Assembly (NCBI GenBank): GCA_965214835.1
Contig: CBDCCK010000002.1
Span: 2,048,001-2,112,000 of the forward strand
Direction: 5' to 3'
Origin: Nitrosopumilaceae archaeon
GTDB taxonomy: Archaea; Thermoproteota; Nitrososphaeria; Nitrososphaerales; Nitrosopumilaceae
DNA length: 64,000 bases
Shown one piece after another: positions 18,848-29,416 of the stretch. The notes below the pieces were generated by a model that saw nothing but the letters and a program-made list of their open reading frames with translations, did not search any database and was not told where the DNA came from. A program made the position numbers and the translations under genes. How positions within the stretch are numbered: position 1 is the stretch's first letter; each line of letters begins with the position of its first letter.

Positions 18848-20107
18848 CTAGCACAGCATTATTCCTATGTCCAGGAGGTTTGTCTGGGTCGGGCCCGTTT
18901 CAATCAGGCCCCCGTACCTTGCAAAGTATGCGTTTGAGTTGTTGGTCTTGATGTATTTTTTGATCTCCACCTTGTCGATTTTGGATGTGCGTGTCATTGC
19001 ACCTGCAAACTTTGTGTTGCCGTCTATTCCGTCCGTTCCAATCGAGCCGACAACCAGATCGTGCCTTGTCTTGCCTGCTATGTGCAGGACAATCTCCTGA
19101 TTCCTTCCCCCTGAGCCGTTTCCCCTTACGAGGACCGTAGTCTCCCCCCCGAAAACCACGCATGAGCCCGGCCTTGTTGGGGCGGCCCTGGCAAGCGCTG
19201 CTGCCTGCTCCTCTATCTTGCCAAATACCGTAGCTGCCTGCGCCCTGTATCCGAGCCCCTCTGCCTTTTTTTTCATCGCAGCCAGGCAGTTCTTGTTGGA
19301 GGCCACTACAAAGTTCTTGATGGCCGGTCTTTTTGGGGTCTCGGGGATCCTCTTTTTTACGCCCGATTCTATGTGTGCAATCACGCCCCTTGGAACCTTT
19401 TTGTCCAGCCTGTACTTTTTGATTACCTTTAGCGCCTGCAGAAACGTCGTATTGTCGCAATAGGTCATCCCTGACGCAATGGCTGACATGTCGTTTGCCT
19501 TGACATCTGACATCAGCAGCGCGATTGCGTCGCATGGAAGGCCCGCCGTAATCTGTCCACCCTTGATCTTTGAGAGGTGCTTTCGCACGCAGTTTATCTC
19601 GGCGATGTTGGCGCCGGATCTTAGCAGCAGCTCGTTTGTCCTGATTTTGTCCTCCAGTGAGACCCCGTCTGGCAGTGCAACAAGTGCAGAGCTGCCGCCT
19701 GATACCAAAAACACGATCAGGTCAGTCCTCTGGCATTTTTTGATATACGCCAAAATAGCCTTGGCGGCCCTTACGCTTGCCTTGCTTGGGCTGGGGTGGG
19801 TCGACGCGACAATCCTGAACTTTGAGCGCCCCGGAATCCTGACACCCCGGGGAACTACAACCATGCCGTCTTTTGCCTTTATTTTTGAGTCAAATGCTGC
19901 AGCCATCGAGAGGGCAGCCTTGCCAAACGCTACAATCCTGACTGCCGAGTATTTTGAGGTCCTCGTCACGCTTTTTCCTATGACGATTGACCGCCCCCTT
20001 AGAATCTTTGAGAATATCACCGATGGCATCGCCGCGGCAATTCCCGCCTCTAAGATCCGGACTGCGTCGTCCTCTTTTTTTAGATCCGGCTCGGTGACAT
20101 CGCTCAA
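18848..20107 (-). CDS. Glycerate kinase type 2 (MOFRL/DUF4147)
   Basis: FGKAA, VSGGSSAL, VRKHLSKIKGG, GGETTV, GGRNQE, GTDGIDG, TGPTQTN; start uncertain (TTG). Confidence 0.9.
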   Translation of the reverse strand: MSDVTEPDLKKEDDAVRILEAGIAAAMPSVIFSKILRGRSIVIGKSVTRTSKYSAVRIVAFGKAALSMAAAFDSKIKAKDGMVVVPRGVRIPGRSKFRIVASTHPSPSKASVRAAKAILAYIKKCQRTDLIVFLVSGGSSALVALPDGVSLEDKIRTNELLLRSGANIAEINCVRKHLSKIKGGQITAGLPCDAIALLMSDVKANDMSAIASGMTYCDNTTFLQALKVIKKYRLDKKVPRGVIAHIESGVKKRIPETPKRPAIKNFVVASNKNCLAAMKKKAEGLGYRAQAATVFGKIEEQAAALARAAPTRPGSCVVFGGETTVLVRGNGSGGRNQEIVLHIAGKTRHDLVVGSIGTDGIDGNTKFAGAMTRTSKIDKVEIKKYIKTNNSNAYFARYGGLIETGPTQTNLLDIGIMLC

Positions 20108-20163
20108 GTATGTCTTTGGTGGTTTCTGTAAGGTATAATAGTAATCAATCATGGCCATTATCC

Positions 20164-21108
20164 ATGCATACGGTACGCATTCCAAAGGTTATCAACTTTG
20201 GAGAGGACGCACTCGGACAGACCGAGTATCCCAGAAACGCCCTGGTCGTCACGACGGTTCCTCCGGAGCTGTCAGACAAGTGGCTTGCAAAGATGGGTAT
20301 CCAGGACTATATGCTGTATGATCAGGTCAAGCCGGAGCCGTCAATCGACGATGTAAATGCCGTGATCTCACAGTTTAAGGACAGGAACCCCTCGGTTCTG
20401 ATTGGGCTGGGAGGGGGCAGCTCCATGGACGTGGTAAAGTACGCCGCACCCGAGATGGGCAAAGAAAAGATCCTCATCCCGACAACGTTTGGAACGGGTG
20501 CTGAAATGACGACCTACTGCGTCCTAAAGTTCGATGGCAAAAAGAAGTTGCTGCGCGAGGACAGGTTTCTGGCAGACATGGCAGTAGTCGACTCTTACTT
20601 TATGGATGGAACCCCCGAGCAGGTCATCAAAAACTCTGTCTGTGATGCATGCGCCCAGGCAACCGAGGGCTATGACAGCAAGCTGGGTAACGACCTGACA
20701 AAGACCCTCTGCAGGCAGGCCTTTGACATACTCCATGATGCAATCATCAATGACAAGCCAGAGAACTATCCTTACGGCTCGATGCTGTCTGGCATGGGGT
20801 TTGGCAACTGCTCTACAACGCTGGGGCATGCGCTATCCTACGTGTTCTCAAACGAGGGAGTCCCGCACGGGTACTCGCTGTCCTCATGCACTACAGCCGC
20901 ACACAAGCACAACAAGTCAATCTTCTATGACAGGTTCAAAGAGTGCATGGACAAGCTTGGCTTTGAGCGGCTTGATCTGAAGGCCGATGTCTCGGAGGCC
21001 GCAGATGTTGTCATGACCGACAGGGGACACCTAGATCCCAACCCGATTCCGATCTCCAAGGAGGACGTCGTAAGGTGTCTTGAGGATATCAAAGCAGGGA
21101 ACCTATAG
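20164..21108 (+). CDS. Fe-containing alcohol dehydrogenase, malonic semialdehyde reductase type (3HP/4HB cycle)
   Basis: GLGGGSSMD, PTTFGTGAE, GHALSY; closely resembles the N. maritimus enzyme as recalled. Confidence 0.85.
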   Translation: MHTVRIPKVINFGEDALGQTEYPRNALVVTTVPPELSDKWLAKMGIQDYMLYDQVKPEPSIDDVNAVISQFKDRNPSVLIGLGGGSSMDVVKYAAPEMGKEKILIPTTFGTGAEMTTYCVLKFDGKKKLLREDRFLADMAVVDSYFMDGTPEQVIKNSVCDACAQATEGYDSKLGNDLTKTLCRQAFDILHDAIINDKPENYPYGSMLSGMGFGNCSTTLGHALSYVFSNEGVPHGYSLSSCTTAAHKHNKSIFYDRFKECMDKLGFERLDLKADVSEAADVVMTDRGHLDPNPIPISKEDVVRCLEDIKAGNL

Positions 21109-21132
21109 TCTTTTCCACCTTTTTTGTTTTTT
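21109..21132 (+). terminator. Oligo-T archaeal terminator
   Basis: Several T runs directly after the stop codon. Confidence 0.5.
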
Positions 21133-21172
21133 ACGAAATTCTTGGCATGGGGCCCACACCCCAAATTGGATC

Positions 21173-21250
21173 AGATCTTATGCGTAGTCGGTACAGATCA
21201 AAAAAATCATGCAGCTCTTACGTCGTTTTTGGCAAGTACGCATAAGATCC
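21173..21250. mobile_element. MITE of the IS5/ISL2-type element (49419-51136)
   Basis: AGATCTTATGCGTA...TACGCATAAGATCC ends; TSD not preserved. Confidence 0.75.
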
Positions 21251-21679
21251 AAGGCCAATTTCTGATCACCACTCGATCTATGTGTACAAGCCACACCTGA
21301 TTCGTTGTTCTGCCTTGCATTTCGAGTTGTGGTACCGTGTCAGGTGATCTATATACACAGGCCACACAAGCTCGCACATGTGCGGACTAGACGTGTCGGC
21401 CAAGCCGGTCGAGGTGCTTGCGGCAGCCTAGGATTCGTGCCTGTTTCCAACCTTGACCCCATGTGCTCAACCCGGCTAGTTACCACTGTGATGTGGAGGT
21501 TCTGTGTAATCTTCGAGACCTGAAATATGGACTTCTCTGAAATTATCATGCCTGAATCCTTCTTTTCTCAACGATGTCTGTTCCCCGTATGTCAAAAAGT
21601 CCCCTAGGTGAGAACTTGAACTGTAGCAACGCATGAGGTCACGTCAGCAATAGGTTAGCCCACACCTAGTTAGTTTTTT

Positions 21680-22222
21680 ATGACCTCCCCAATCTATAAA
21701 CTATCAACACCCCGGAAATACATGCTGATTGTTTTTGTGATTCTGGGCGCAATCATGGCGATCCTTGTGGTCTACATCCACACCTACGATTACTTTGCAT
21801 ACGTGCTTCCAATTGAAAAATTCGTAGAGTTCGAGCACAGGGTGAATGTTGAGAGGAGTAGGGGCCAGTTTGAGTCGGCAAACCTGATCTACAGGGACTT
21901 TTCTAGGATCTCTGATGATACGATCATGGTGGTCTTTGACGGGATGGTAAAGCGTTCGCTGGGAGACATACCTGAGTTTCACCACGAGGAGGACTATACG
22001 GTAGGACAGACGATACTGGTCAGCTGTGATCCTGCAGACGACGGGGGAACCTATCTTGACTACTATAGGCTTGTCGGCATAACGCAGCAAAACGACACCG
22101 ACTATTTTGACCTGGTCTGGGGTTCGGGATACATTCCGGACCGAATCGCGTGTAGGTATCCGGATGTCATACCGTTTACAAAGGACCTGAATTCCCTCGA
22201 AACCATTCCGCCTCCGACGTAG
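21680..22222 (+). CDS. Membrane-anchored hypothetical protein
   Basis: One N-terminal hydrophobic helix and two Cys in the soluble part. Confidence 0.75.
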   Translation: MTSPIYKLSTPRKYMLIVFVILGAIMAILVVYIHTYDYFAYVLPIEKFVEFEHRVNVERSRGQFESANLIYRDFSRISDDTIMVVFDGMVKRSLGDIPEFHHEEDYTVGQTILVSCDPADDGGTYLDYYRLVGITQQNDTDYFDLVWGSGYIPDRIACRYPDVIPFTKDLNSLETIPPPT

Positions 22223-22851
22223 TCAGCATGCCGAAGATCTGGCCAATCACAGTGATCTTGGTTGCACTGTTTGTGGCGATATCTTTTAGCCGGCAGTGGG
22301 GACGTGGTTTCAACTCTGGCTAGGGTCATTCTGTTACCAGACAAGACGTCAGAGACCGTCAGGTGAAAGAACGGGATACATTCCCCCATGCTGATAAGCA
22401 AAAGTTCTTGAGATATTTCATGATCAGATGCCCCTGCGGGCAGTAGATGGCTTTCAGGAACTTGTAGTTTCCAGCATGTCATGACTAGGTTCCCCTGACT
22501 GGCCTCGCATCATGCTACTGTCGTGAGCCTGCCCTTCATGGATACGACACAGGGGGCATGATCATGAAGACCCTGATCGGCAGTGCCGCCCAACGGGCAG
22601 GCTCTTGCCTGCTGTCTGCAGTACAGGCATCAGACTGCATGCTTCTGTACAGCAAGCCTGTGTCCCTCCCGGCGCATCGTATGCCATACGTGTATGACGA
22701 TTGGCACCATGCATGGCGCCAATGATCCTTTTCCTTTTGGCCTGAATCCGCGGATCATGTTGGCATTTCTTGCCAGACTTCTGGTTTTTCATGCACGGTT
22801 ATGCAGCAATCCGCCGACTTTTAAGAGGTCAGACAGCATGCATGGGATGAT

Positions 22852-24138
22852 ATGAAATCCTACGGGCGTGTTGATTCCTCATGGGACAGGGCAAGAGTCA
22901 GGAGCGTGCTTGAGGATGCCTTGTACATGGCCGTAAAGCACGACACATCAGTTTACGTAGGCGAGGATGTAGATGGAAACATAGTCGCCCTTTCCAATCA
23001 GGACGGCGGCCGCGGCCGCATCCACATACTTGCGTGTTGGATAGCAGAGGCTGCCGGCGACCCTCAAAATGGAAAGGCGAGGGCCGACATCTACTGGCTG
23101 TCAGAAGAGTATGAAGCACATGAGGGGAGACCATCGGACGGTCTTGATCACTTTAGAAGCGGCAGGTCAAAAAAGCACGAGGTGCATGAGAGGAGATCAG
23201 AGTCAGAGGATGCAGAAGAGGACTGGGTAAAAGTGGACAACCTGTTCATGTTCATGAGATGCTTCAAGGCGTCCGATTTCAGTGGAGGGATGACAGTCAA
23301 GAGTATGGTAAACATGCTGGGCATGTGGAGCGGCCCCATACAGGATGTGCAGATGACCCCCGAGCAGATAGTACAGCACTGGATAGACTCGGGCATAATA
23401 GTCAAGACCGGCCAGGAGAAGTCAAAGGAGTTCTGGGATCATGCAGCGTACCACCGTTACACAATTGACGAAGTGACCCCCAGAGTGCATGACTGCCTTG
23501 TAAATGGAATAGTCAGGTATGGGGGCCTGCAATTCCTTTCAGAGGGACAAAGTCAGCTGGCCAGGGTGTTCGAGGATGCCAGAAAAATGGTGGAAAGACA
23601 CGGCAGGCCCTTCATCATGGGCCTGAGCAAAAAACACGACATAATGATAGCGCCAGTGTCGGAGAAATCAGAATTTGTCGCCCCCCTATCGTGCGTGATC
23701 ACCAAGTCAGATATTTGGAGCGTCTCAGACATGCATTCTGATATAATTTGGGAAGGACGGGATGAAATGGTGATTAGGCCTACATATTTCTCAGGTGTCC
23801 GGCATAACCGTAGGGTGGCACTTGATATGCTGCATGGCGGCATTGCACAATGCGCAAAGTATTATGGCAGTGTTGAGGACGACCAGGACAGGTGCATATC
23901 AAATCTGGAAAGCGCGTTTGAGGATGCTGTAAACATGCCCAATAGCCCGTATGGTTCGTGCTGCGTGGTACTGAACGGGGACAGGATAACCATGCGATCC
24001 AAAAAAGAGATGACAGAGTGGGCCGGCTGCAGATTCTGGGAGGCAGATCCAAAGGAGTTCCTAGACGGCTGCAGGCTGCTGCGCGAGAGGATCTCGGCTG
24101 CCGCCAGGGACGCATACGAGGACATCAGGTATGGATAG
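22852..24138 (+). CDS. Hypothetical protein with three diverged repeats and a possible winged helix
   Basis: 428-aa ORF; EDAxxM helix motif occurs three times; stop overlaps the next gene. Confidence 0.75.
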   Translation: MKSYGRVDSSWDRARVRSVLEDALYMAVKHDTSVYVGEDVDGNIVALSNQDGGRGRIHILACWIAEAAGDPQNGKARADIYWLSEEYEAHEGRPSDGLDHFRSGRSKKHEVHERRSESEDAEEDWVKVDNLFMFMRCFKASDFSGGMTVKSMVNMLGMWSGPIQDVQMTPEQIVQHWIDSGIIVKTGQEKSKEFWDHAAYHRYTIDEVTPRVHDCLVNGIVRYGGLQFLSEGQSQLARVFEDARKMVERHGRPFIMGLSKKHDIMIAPVSEKSEFVAPLSCVITKSDIWSVSDMHSDIIWEGRDEMVIRPTYFSGVRHNRRVALDMLHGGIAQCAKYYGSVEDDQDRCISNLESAFEDAVNMPNSPYGSCCVVLNGDRITMRSKKEMTEWAGCRFWEADPKEFLDGCRLLRERISAAARDAYEDIRYG

Positions 24139-25048
24139 GATCGTCTCGTTTCTGCCCAGCGCGACGGAGCTGATCTATGCGTTAGGCGAGCAGGACAGGC
24201 TCCTAGGCGTGACCCACGAGTGCACGTACCCTGAGGGGGCGGCGGCCAAGCCCAGGATCATCAGCACCGTTGTAGACTCGGAGAGCCTCGACAGCCGGCA
24301 GATTGACGAGGCCACGCGCATGCTGGCAGTGGAGGGAAGGGACATCTTTGTGCTGAACCGTGAAATCATCAGAGACGCAAACCCCCAGCTGATCGTTGCG
24401 CAGAGCACCTGCGAGGTGTGCGCCGCGCACACAAGCCAGGTCCGCCAGGCAGCCGAGATGCTAGAGCAAGAGCCGGAGATATACTCGATGGATCCGCACA
24501 GTATGGGGGAGATCCTAGAGGGCGTGACGGAGCTTGCAAGAATCATGGGCGTGGAGGAAAAGGGAGTCCGGCTAAGGGCGGAGCTGGAGGGCAGGATCCA
24601 AAGAGTCAGGGGTGTGGACTTTGAGGCGAGACCGAGGGTGCTTGCAGTAGAGTGGGCAAGCCCGCTTTTTACCTCCGGACACTGGGTTCCCGAGATGACA
24701 GAGGCCGCAGGCGGGGAAAACCTGATCAGCAGGGCGGGGGAGCACTCTAGGAGGATATCGGTAGACGAGGCCATGGAGGCGGACCCCGAGGTCGTCATTG
24801 TCATGCCCTGCGGATTCGACGTAGGCAGGACAAAAACAGAGTATGAAAAATTCCTCAAAGGGGACGGGGGATGGAACCGCCTGCGCGCGGTAAGGGAGGA
24901 CAGGGTCTATGCGGTTGATGCAAACTCGTTTTTCAGCAAGCCCAGCATCAGGACGGTTGCAGGAATCGAGATCCTGGCAAGGATCCTGCATCCCGGGAAG
25001 CTGCCGGGGCCGCCTGCACCGGAGGGCTCCTTTGCCAGGCTGTCCTAG
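24131..25048 (+). CDS. BtuF-like cobalamin/Fe-siderophore substrate-binding protein
   Basis: RIVSFLPSATE, GVTHEC, CEVCA, GHWVPEM, MPCGF, FSKPS. Confidence 0.9.
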   Translation: MDRIVSFLPSATELIYALGEQDRLLGVTHECTYPEGAAAKPRIISTVVDSESLDSRQIDEATRMLAVEGRDIFVLNREIIRDANPQLIVAQSTCEVCAAHTSQVRQAAEMLEQEPEIYSMDPHSMGEILEGVTELARIMGVEEKGVRLRAELEGRIQRVRGVDFEARPRVLAVEWASPLFTSGHWVPEMTEAAGGENLISRAGEHSRRISVDEAMEADPEVVIVMPCGFDVGRTKTEYEKFLKGDGGWNRLRAVREDRVYAVDANSFFSKPSIRTVAGIEILARILHPGKLPGPPAPEGSFARLS

Positions 25049-25218
25049 GGCCTACCGCTCCTGGGACTCGTCCAGCTCGTCTGCCTCCAGGGTCTTTCGA
25101 TTCGGCCTTGTAGGTACATAGATGACTGTCAATGAATACCCCTTGGATGCATCGCACATAGGGGGATTGGTCTGGAAAAGTTGCCTTTTTGGTAAATATG
25201 GAACTGGTTTTTTGAAGG

Positions 25219-25691
25219 TCAGATCCTGCACTCGGATCTCAGGGATCTGGCGGTGGTCCAGTAGGCAATACACAGTACTCCAATGGATGTAAGGCGGATC
25301 GGAATCTCGTAGTTTGTTACAAACGACGATGCGGCAGCGCCGGCAGATCCAAAGGTCGAGATTACTGCGAATCCGACGGGGCCGCAGCCGCATGCGCCGG
25401 CAACCGCCCAATCGCTGTTCCAAAAACGCCGCCACCCATCCTTCGGGACGAGCCCCGGAGCATGCGGATCCTGTACACATTCATCGACATCACAAGCCCC
25501 GACAGCGCAGACAGGGCCATGATAAGGGAGAATCCAAGCTCGGTATCCCGGGGCAGGTGTGCCACCACGTACGGCTCTAAGAACACATACTCGGAGATTA
25601 CCAGCAGCGGGACGGCCAGGCCGGCAAAGATTATGCAGGCAATTGCGACATACGAGTAGTCGGAGAATACCAGCCTGAGTACGGATGCCAT
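25219..25691 (-). pseudogene. Membrane protein with CGC motif, frameshift near 25408
   Basis: One extra G after TAIG gives AVAGACGCGPVGFAVISTF...SECRI*. Confidence 0.75.
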
Positions 25692-26358
25692 TTAGACCAT
25701 CGAGTCGAGGACCTGCTTGAATACGGAGTAGGGCTGCGCGCCGACAATCTTTTGCTGCTGGCCGTCAGGGCTCACTATGAAAAACGTGGGGGGTGCGGTC
25801 TGCACCGGCCTTGCGCGCCTCGCCCACATTGAACTGGACGCGCTGGGAGTACTTGCCAGAGTCTAGGCAGCTCTCAAAGAGCCCCATGTTCAGCCCCAGG
25901 CCGAACGCAAAGGCCCTCAGGCGCTCGGATCCTGCCCAGCTGTCAATTTCCTCCTCCTGGGAGTTGTACAGTATGTTGTGATACTCCCAGTACATTCCCT
26001 GATCCTCGGCGCAGTAGCTTGCCTGTGCGGCCCTCGAGGAGTCACGGCCCAAAAACGCAAGGTCCACGAACACCAGGTTTGCCCTTCCGGTATCAATATA
26101 GTCCTGCTTGATTGCAGGGGCAGAGCCCAGAAACCATGCGTGGCATGCATGGCACTGGTAGTCGCCAAACTCGACTATGGTGATTGGGGCGTCAGGACTT
26201 CCCAGGATCGGGGATCCCATGGCAGTGGAGATGTCGCCATGCATCCTCTGCACGTCCAAGTTGGCATCCTCCGGGCCTGAAAATGACGTGTATGAGACGC
26301 CTATCCCGATGATCACGACGGCAACCACGGCGGCTGCGATCAGTCCGGTCTTTCCCAT
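25692..26358 (-). pseudogene. DsbA-family thiol-disulfide protein, frameshift in G6 run 25788-25793
   Basis: EFGDYQCHAC; deleting one base restores TPTFFIV...GAQPYSVFKQVLDSMV* abutting the next ATG. Confidence 0.85.
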
Positions 26359-26924
26359 AACTGACAGGGTTTTCTAGCTTGTTGCATAACTCCGACTAGA
26401 ACCCAGCCAATTCTTCCGGATCACAACTGGCGCCAAGTTCCTACATGGCAGCCATCGCCTCTGCAATCCATTTGTTATACAGCCATATCCTCAACGTAAT
26501 AGGTTAGCCCCTGCCTAGAGTTAAAGTCACACCCACCGTCTTTTCAGGCATGAAAATCACAACTGCAGGCAGATTAGTGCAGGATTGCTAGGGGCAGACG
26601 ACCACGTACCCGGGGTTTCTGACCAGCGCGTCCCTGATCATGTCCGTAACGTTGCACCCCCGGAGGCGCCATGTCTCGATGCACGTCAACATGTTACCGA
26701 ACATCTTCTGTCCGTCTTTTGTCCGCAGTCCGAACCGTATCTTGCGCGCGATCACGCCGGGCCTCAGCGTGCGCTCTGCCAGGTTGTTGGTGGGATCCAT
26801 CCCAGGACGCGTCGTAAACGTGTAGAGAAACTCCGAGGCGTTGTCAATCTTTGTGGCACAGCTGTGATCTGGACCCCGTATTTTCGAACCACTTTTTGGG
26901 CGTTTTTGCGTAGCTCTGGCATCA

Positions 26925-27761
26925 TCATTTGCCTGCCTCCCTTTGGTGCCGTACGACGAACTCCATCGGAGTGAGATATCCAAGTGAGGAGTGTATTCTG
27001 TCATGGTTATAGTCCCTAAATGCCTCCCTTATGACGTCTGAGGCGTCCTGGAAGGAGTCAAATTCATGGGGCCACAGGTATTCCCTCTTGATGCTTCCGT
27101 GAAACGACTCTATGTGGCCGTTTTGTTCTGGCGTCCTGTATGCTATGAGCTCGTGTCTTATTCCCAGCTGTTTCAGGGACTCCCTGAACATGCGCGACGT
27201 ATACTGAGAACCGTTGTCTGTCCGCAGGGTCAGCATGCTGCAGTCCGGATCTGCTGCCGATACCGCATCGAGTACGGCCTGAACCGCATTCTCCTTTTGC
27301 GCCGTGGTATCAAAGGAGTATGCAAGCCACCTGCGCGAAAAGGCATCAAGTACGTTGAAACAGTAGCACCAGCCGTCCCCGCCGCAGTCCACGTATGTGA
27401 TGTCTGCCTGCCACAGCCGGTTGGGGGCATCTGGCCTTGTAAGCTTGCGCGAGGCCCGTATTATGTCGTTTTTGGTCTTTTTGGGCTCGATCCAGCCTAT
27501 CTGGCGGTAGATTCGCTGTATCTTTTTGCGGTTTACGCGCACGCCAGTCTCGCGCAATATCTGGTTTGCCATCCTCCGGGTTCCGTACGTCGGCCTTTTC
27601 TTGCCTATGGTACGTATGATTGAGACCGTCCCGGGGTCGGCTTTTCTGGCTCGTCTGTCGGCGTCCTTCCTGGCGTAATACCAGGTGCCCTTTGAGACGC
27701 CGCAGTATTCCAGGGCTGTATTGAGGCTCATCTTCTGGTGGCAGATCTGTACGGCATTCAT
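26925..27761 (-). CDS. IS3 OrfB (DDE integrase domain)
   Basis: WQADITY, TDNGSQY, NGHIESFH, HSSLGY. Confidence 0.95.
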   Translation of the reverse strand: MNAVQICHQKMSLNTALEYCGVSKGTWYYARKDADRRARKADPGTVSIIRTIGKKRPTYGTRRMANQILRETGVRVNRKKIQRIYRQIGWIEPKKTKNDIIRASRKLTRPDAPNRLWQADITYVDCGGDGWCYCFNVLDAFSRRWLAYSFDTTAQKENAVQAVLDAVSAADPDCSMLTLRTDNGSQYTSRMFRESLKQLGIRHELIAYRTPEQNGHIESFHGSIKREYLWPHEFDSFQDASDVIREAFRDYNHDRIHSSLGYLTPMEFVVRHQREAGK

Positions 27762-28045
27762 CCTTTGCTCAGCTCCATTGTTTTTTTTAAAGCGTCACAG
27801 GCCACTGCATACTCGCCTATGATGCGTTTGAGATTCTGGTTCTCCTTTTGCAGGGCAGCCGCTGCCTTGTCATTCCGGCCCAGGATGGATGCCTTGCCGC
27901 CCTCGACGAACCTGTCCATCCACCTGCCAAACGTGGTGGGCGCGATGTTGTGCTTGCGGCACAGCTCGGCAGTGCTGATGCTGGTCTTGATGGACTCCAT
28001 CACTATGTCTGTTTTTTCGGCCAATGTGAACTTTTGTTTTTTCAT
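27758..28045 (-). CDS. IS3 OrfA (HTH)
   Basis: HTH then leucine zipper; A8 slippery run near the 3' end with OrfB in the -1 frame. Confidence 0.92.
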   Translation of the reverse strand: MKKQKFTLAEKTDIVMESIKTSISTAELCRKHNIAPTTFGRWMDRFVEGGKASILGRNDKAAAALQKENQNLKRIIGEYAVACDALKKTMELSKG

Positions 28046-29216
28046 GCCCCGTATGCCCTCCTGTCACATACAAATTCTACGCATTTGGGTGGTTCGAATT
28101 TTATGGGGTCCTCACCAGCTGTCACATCCTTCCTTCCTGTATGTGGCGGCAATCTCGCGTGTTTCTGCCACCCGACTGTCGTGCTGCCTGGCAGCCTCCT
28201 CCGGCGGCCCCGGCCCCTTGGCGCAATGCATCTGCCACTTGAGGCGCTCGCCTGCGGCGCGAACCTCCGGGGAGTCCGTTTTCTCGCTTTGGGCATCTGC
28301 CTCCCGGATTATGTGGGCCCAGCACCGCTGCCTGTTCCTGCCAAAGAACTTGTCGTATCCGGGGTATCCGTCAGTCACCCCGACTCTGGGCACGTATGAA
28401 AAGTGCTCATCCAGTACGGATGCCCTCCTGCTGTCAGTTGCCACCATGTGCGCGCCGACGGCATTGCCGTCCTTGACGCCCACTGCCACCCACATGTAGC
28501 CGCTCTTGCCGTCGTATGGCATCCCCGTCTCGTCCATGTGGACGTGGTCGCATCCTGCAATGTCTTTTTTGATGTCCTCCACGCACGGATCAAGCTTCTT
28601 TGTAACGGTCTTGAGGCAGTTCTGTATCATCGCCTTGCTTACATCAATTTTAAAGATCTCCTTTACGATGCGCCTGATCGTGCCGACGGATGCCGGCATG
28701 GTGTACAGGGTGCCGATATAGGAGGCAATGTTGGGTCCAAACTCGGTGCCCGGAACGACCAGCCCGCCCCCGTTTGTCGTGGTGGTGGCGCCGCACTTGC
28801 GGCACTTGCGGCGGGTAAAGTAGTGCTGGGTCGTGACCGGCTCTGGGATCTCTGGAATGTCAGTAGCCATCCTAGTTCCGGCGGGAACCGGATCTGTCAG
28901 GTCGCGCCCGTTGCACGCGCCGCACATGTCAGGCACGTGGTTCATTTCCCGGGTTGGTGTTCTCCTGTGTGATATGCCCTCGTGTCCGGGCCTGCGGCCC
29001 GGCCTTGCCGGTGCCCTTCCAGATGCCCCTGCCGCGGCTGCTGCCTTTTTCTGCCTGGTCGGAATCGAGTTCTGCGAGGAGGGGCTGTGCGGGTTCTCAT
29101 AATATGTGATGCGTTGTTTGAACTGCTTGATTTGTGCTGTCTGCGTCGCGATTTGCGCGGCAGAGACGGCATTGTCAGATTTGCGTCCCGCCTTCTCAGC
29201 GGCAAGCTCCTCCCGT

Positions 29217-29416
29217 GTCCTCTGATGTTCCTTCTGCTCCTTCTGAAGCTTGCCTTGCGTCCTCTGATGTTCCTTCTGCTCCTTCTGAAGCTTGCCTTGC
29301 GTCCTCTGATGTTCCTTCTGCTCCTTCTGAAGCTTGCCTTGCGTCCTCTGATGTTCCTTCTGCTCCTTCTGAAGCTTGCCTTGCGTCCTCTGATGTTCCT
29401 TCTGCTCCTTCTGAAG
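29217..29416 (-). repeat. 42-bp perfect tandem repeat, about 4.8 units (LQKEQKEHQRTQGK)
   Basis: Unit starts at 29217, 29259, 29301, 29343, 29385. Confidence 0.95.

Larger units (their letters stand above)
26865..28117 (-). mobile_element. IS3-family element, copy 1 (1253 bp)
   Basis: TG...CA termini with GGACCCC/TTCGAACC IRs; 4-bp TSD GCTG. Confidence 0.95.

Noticed and set aside
21276-21367. Two similar ~22-bp direct repeats (gatctat.t..aca.gccacac) as a mini-CRISPR
   Set aside because: Only two imperfect copies, no cas genes in the window, and the region is MITE debris
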